This document shows positions 61,126-64,000 of a stretch of DNA of 64,000 nucleotides, one piece after another. The DNA is from Candidatus Eiseniibacteriota bacterium (GTDB lineage: Bacteria > Orphanbacterota > Orphanbacteria > Orphanbacterales > Orphanbacteraceae). Made by a program: the position numbers and the translations under genes. Under the pieces are notes generated by a model. The model made no database searches and had not been told where the DNA came from. It saw only the letters and a program-made list of their open reading frames with translations. Location: positions 1 to 64,000 of the forward strand of contig JBDROZ010000053.1 of the NCBI GenBank assembly GCA_043809585.1. Direction: 5' to 3'. The first letter of the stretch is position 1, and the number at the start of each line of letters is the position of its first letter.

Positions 61126-62643
61126 ATGATCATGGGGCGGATCCGCCGGAACCGGTGGCTCGACCGGGCGTGGGTGGCGGGGCTCGGCGTGTGTTGCGGT
61201 CTTCTGATCTCGGCCAACTGCAAGTGGACCCCCTCGTCGAACGCGGGGGACCGGTCCGGGCCCGCGCCGGCGTCCGCCCCCTCGGATCTCCGGCTCCCCC
61301 CGCCCCCCGCCGGGAAGGGGGGGGTCGCGGTGGGCACATTCGAGTCTCCCTTCGTGGCCGTGGCCGAGCGGGTGCAGGAGGCGGTGGTGAACGTGAACAC
61401 CCGGAAGACCTTCGAGCACCCGCCGATTCCCGGGTGGGGGGATGATCCGCTCCGCGATCTTCTTCCGGAGATGGACGGTCCCATGGACGTCCCGTCGAGC
61501 GCGTCGGGCTTCGTCTTCGACGAACGGGGTTACGTGATCACCAACAACCACGTGATCCAGGACGCCGAGGAGGTCATGGTCACTTTCATGGACGGCCGGG
61601 AATTCGCCGCCGACGTGGTGGGCGTCGATCCGAGCACGGACGTGGCGGTGCTCCGGATCGAGGGGGGAGAGCCCTTCCCGGTCCTCCCCCTCGGCGATTC
61701 GGAGCGGATCCGCGTCGGCGATTGGGCGATCGCCGTCGGTAACCCGTTCGGGTATCTCCAAGGGACCGTCACGGTCGGCGTGATCAGCGCGAAAGGGCGG
61801 GCCGATCTGGACATCGCCGGCGGGACTCCCGTCTACCAGAACTTCATCCAGACCGACGCGTCGATCAACTTCGGCAACTCCGGGGGGCCCCTCGTCGATA
61901 TCCACGGCGAGGTGATCGGCGTCAACACGGCCATCAACCCTTCGGGCCAGGGGATCGGCTTCGCGATTCCCATCAATCTCGCGAAGCGGATCGCCGGCGA
62001 GTTGATCGCGAGCGGCCGGGTGATCCGGGCGTATCTCGGCGTCTATCCCCAGGAGCTGACGCCGGAGATCGTCGAGGCGAAGGGCCTCGGATCGATCCGG
62101 GGGATTCTCGTCGGGCAGGTGGTGCCGGGCGCGCCGGCCGAACGGGGGGGGCTCGAGCGGGGCGACGTCATCCTCTCCTTCGACGGCGTGGAGACGGGCG
62201 ACGTCGCCCGGTTCCGGATGGTCGTCGCCGACAGCGAGGTCGGCACGGACGTGGAGATGGTGTACATGCGGGACGGCGAGCGGCGGACGGCGACGGTCCG
62301 TCTCGCCGAGCGCCCCGATGTGGCCGCCGCGGCGGAGCGGCCGGGGCCCGAGGAGTCGTGGCTCGGCCTCAACGTGGTCGAACCCGCGGAGGAGCCCGAC
62401 GCGGTTCGCGCCCTCGGTCTCGAAGGGGAAGCGGGAGTGCTCGTCTCCGGCGTCGAACGGGGGAGCCCCGCATGGCGCGCCGGCCTCCGGGCGGGCGATC
62501 TCATCCAGGAGATCGACGACCGGGTCGTGGATGGTCTCGGCGGCTACGGCGACGCGCGCCGGGCGCTCAGGAACCGGGAAGACCCGATCATGTTCCTCGT
62601 CCTCCGGGGAGGCTTCACCCAGTACCTGGCGGTGCGCCCCTGA
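61126..62643 (+). CDS. DegP/HtrA serine protease with two PDZ domains
   Basis: ITNNHV, TDVAV, INFGNSGGPL, GIGFAIP. Confidence 0.94.
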   Translation: MIMGRIRRNRWLDRAWVAGLGVCCGLLISANCKWTPSSNAGDRSGPAPASAPSDLRLPPPPAGKGGVAVGTFESPFVAVAERVQEAVVNVNTRKTFEHPPIPGWGDDPLRDLLPEMDGPMDVPSSASGFVFDERGYVITNNHVIQDAEEVMVTFMDGREFAADVVGVDPSTDVAVLRIEGGEPFPVLPLGDSERIRVGDWAIAVGNPFGYLQGTVTVGVISAKGRADLDIAGGTPVYQNFIQTDASINFGNSGGPLVDIHGEVIGVNTAINPSGQGIGFAIPINLAKRIAGELIASGRVIRAYLGVYPQELTPEIVEAKGLGSIRGILVGQVVPGAPAERGGLERGDVILSFDGVETGDVARFRMVVADSEVGTDVEMVYMRDGERRTATVRLAERPDVAAAAERPGPEESWLGLNVVEPAEEPDAVRALGLEGEAGVLVSGVERGSPAWRAGLRAGDLIQEIDDRVVDGLGGYGDARRALRNREDPIMFLVLRGGFTQYLAVRP

Positions 62644-62655
62644 CCGGTCCTTCCT

Positions 62656-62838
62656 CTAGCCTGGATTATGCACAAATCTCCTACTGCGATCTGGGATCGC
62701 CGCCTGCGAAGCCTCCTTTCCGTCGCCGCCTCCTCGACGTAGTGCATGACTACGCCTCCGGTGGCGGCTCGTCCAAGTCGGCTTCTCGTCAGGCGATCCG
62801 AGCCCTCGTGACGGAGATTCGTGCATAATCCAGGCTAG
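62656..62838. repeat. Palindromic element family R1 copy C
   Basis: 26-bp IR with one mismatch, ctagcctggattatgcacaaatctcc / ggagattcgtgcataatccaggctag; conserved core. Confidence 0.9.
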
Positions 62839-63098
62839 AGGCTTCGATAGACGTCCTTCCGATGGCCGACCTTCACGACGACGATCACCAGGACCTCGTC
62901 CTCGATCTCGTAGATGATTCGATAGTCCCCCCGGCGGATCCGGTACCGCTCCTGGCCCGAGATCTTCTCGGCCCCCGGACGATGGGGATCTTCCGCGAGG
63001 TCGCGGAAGCAGCGCAGGATCCGCTCGACATCCCGGTTCGGCAGGCCTCGCAGATCCTTTGCCACCGATTTCTTGAACACCAGCCTATAGCTTGCCAT
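62835..63098 (-). CDS. RelE/ParE family toxin
   Basis: YRIRRGDYRIIYEI...VVKVGHRKDVYR. Confidence 0.9.
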   Translation of the reverse strand: MASYRLVFKKSVAKDLRGLPNRDVERILRCFRDLAEDPHRPGAEKISGQERYRIRRGDYRIIYEIEDEVLVIVVVKVGHRKDVYRSL

Positions 63099-63318
63099 GA
63101 GCCCGCAGGTCTCGGAGCAGCTGCTCGTACGAGATCGTGGATTCCCCTTCCCGCGCCTCGAACGCCGCGAGGTCATCGTGGTCCTCCCGGAGGGACTCCC
63201 GGACCGCGTCGTTCACCAGCTCGGAGAGGCTCCGCCGGGTGTGGGCCGCCTTGACCCGCAGCGCCCGGTGCAGATTGGGCTCGAAATAGACCGTGGAACG
63301 CTTGGTGGGCTCGCTCAT
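63085..63318 (-). CDS. RHH/CopG-type antitoxin
   Basis: KRSTVYF...SLSELVNDAVRE; overlaps the toxin start. Confidence 0.85.
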   Translation of the reverse strand: MSEPTKRSTVYFEPNLHRALRVKAAHTRRSLSELVNDAVRESLREDHDDLAAFEAREGESTISYEQLLRDLRAHGKL

Positions 63319-63338
63319 CCGATTCACCTCCCGGAGCC

Positions 63339-63367
63339 AGACTAGCACTAAAACATTAGAATGTCAA
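63339..63367 (-). promoter_or_regulatory. TA promoter TTGACA-N17-TAGTCT with acatt-ag-aatgt palindrome
   Basis: Consensus -35, TG-extended -10, operator-like IR overlapping the -35 box and spacer. Confidence 0.65.
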
Positions 63368-63509
63368 GACGTCACAACGTCCTGGATCGAAGGAATCTGA
63401 TACCTACGGAACCAGGGTCATTTTGGAGCCCGGGCGGCACTCAGGACGAACGGCTTCTTCAGGCCCCGCCCGGACGATGACTTCGCACCGGCCTCGCCCG
63501 CTCCCTCTC

Positions 63510-64000
63510 TCAACAGATCCTCGGCAGCTGCTCCCCGCTCAGCATGTCCAGCACCCGCTTCGCGCCGATGCGGCTCTTGACCGTGACCGGTGGGGATGCG
63601 TCGGCGACGACCGAGCCGATGACCGTCGCGCTTTCGGAAACCGGAAAAGCACGCAGGATGTCGACCGCCCGTTCCACATCGGCGGCATCCACGAAGGCGA
63701 CGAAGCGCCCCTCGTTCGCCACGTAGAGAGGATCGAAGCCGAGGATCTCGCACGCGCTCCGGACATCCTCCCGGACCGGCACGAGGGTCTCGTCGATGCC
63801 GATGCCGAGGTCCGCGGTCTCGGCGATCTCGTTCAGGGCGCTCGCGAGCCCCCCCCGTGTCAGGTCTCGGAGGCACCGCACGCGGATCCCCTCCTCGAAG
63901 AGCCGGAGCACAGGTTCCGTCACCGGGGCCGAATCGCTCTCGATGGAGCTCTCGAACTCGAGCCCCTCCCGGACCGCCATGATCGCCATCCCGTGACGCC
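63510..64000 (-). CDS. hypE: Hydrogenase maturation protein HypE (partial, 5' end outside the window)
   Basis: [17 protein letters not shown]-terminal LPRIC. Confidence 0.93.
   Translation of the reverse strand, partial: RHGMAIMAVREGLEFESSIESDSAPVTEPVLRLFEEGIRVRCLRDLTRGGLASALNEIAETADLGIGIDETLVPVREDVRSACEILGFDPLYVANEGRFVAFVDAADVERAVDILRAFPVSESATVIGSVVADASPPVTVKSRIGAKRVLDMLSGEQLPRIC

Noticed and set aside
63510-63530. TGA after Cys at the end of hypE as Sec read-through
   Set aside because: PRIC is the canonical HypE C-terminus, so this is a true stop

Overview
GC-rich bacterial chromosomal window, probably from an FCB-related anaerobe. This is inferred from six secreted proteins with a C-terminal 'PNP(FN)' FlgD-Ig/T9SS-like domain, a PorV-like barrel and an 'SWGxVK' C-terminal motif. 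Housekeeping content includes eno-ftsB-tRNA-fMet, rlmN, lpxH, a DegP/HtrA protease, partial hypE, two 2-oxoacid:ferredoxin oxidoreductase sets, an ECF sigma/anti-sigma operon, two sigma54 activators and a RelE-type toxin-antitoxin pair. Main points the ORF track misses: (1) two in-frame-TGA selenoproteins, each with a hairpin whose loop starts 27 nt after the TGA: a secreted Omp28/thioredoxin-like protein with a UxxC motif (19337-20380) and an HdrA-MvhD fusion with CxxU (45573-48074); (2) a hexaheme cytochrome co-linear with Geobacter OmcS directly downstream of the secreted selenoprotein and convergent with a flavoprotein-cNMP-binding-cyclase operon; (3) a MarR(Cys4)-korDABC-NfnB-like-HdrD-like-HdrA(Sec)-hemerythrin operon; (4) a family of ~180-bp palindromic intergenic elements with divergent stems but conserved internal loops, plus a second ~142-bp repeat family; (5) an M6-like protease lacking its catalytic motif next to porV. 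All family assignments are from motif recognition; no searches were run.
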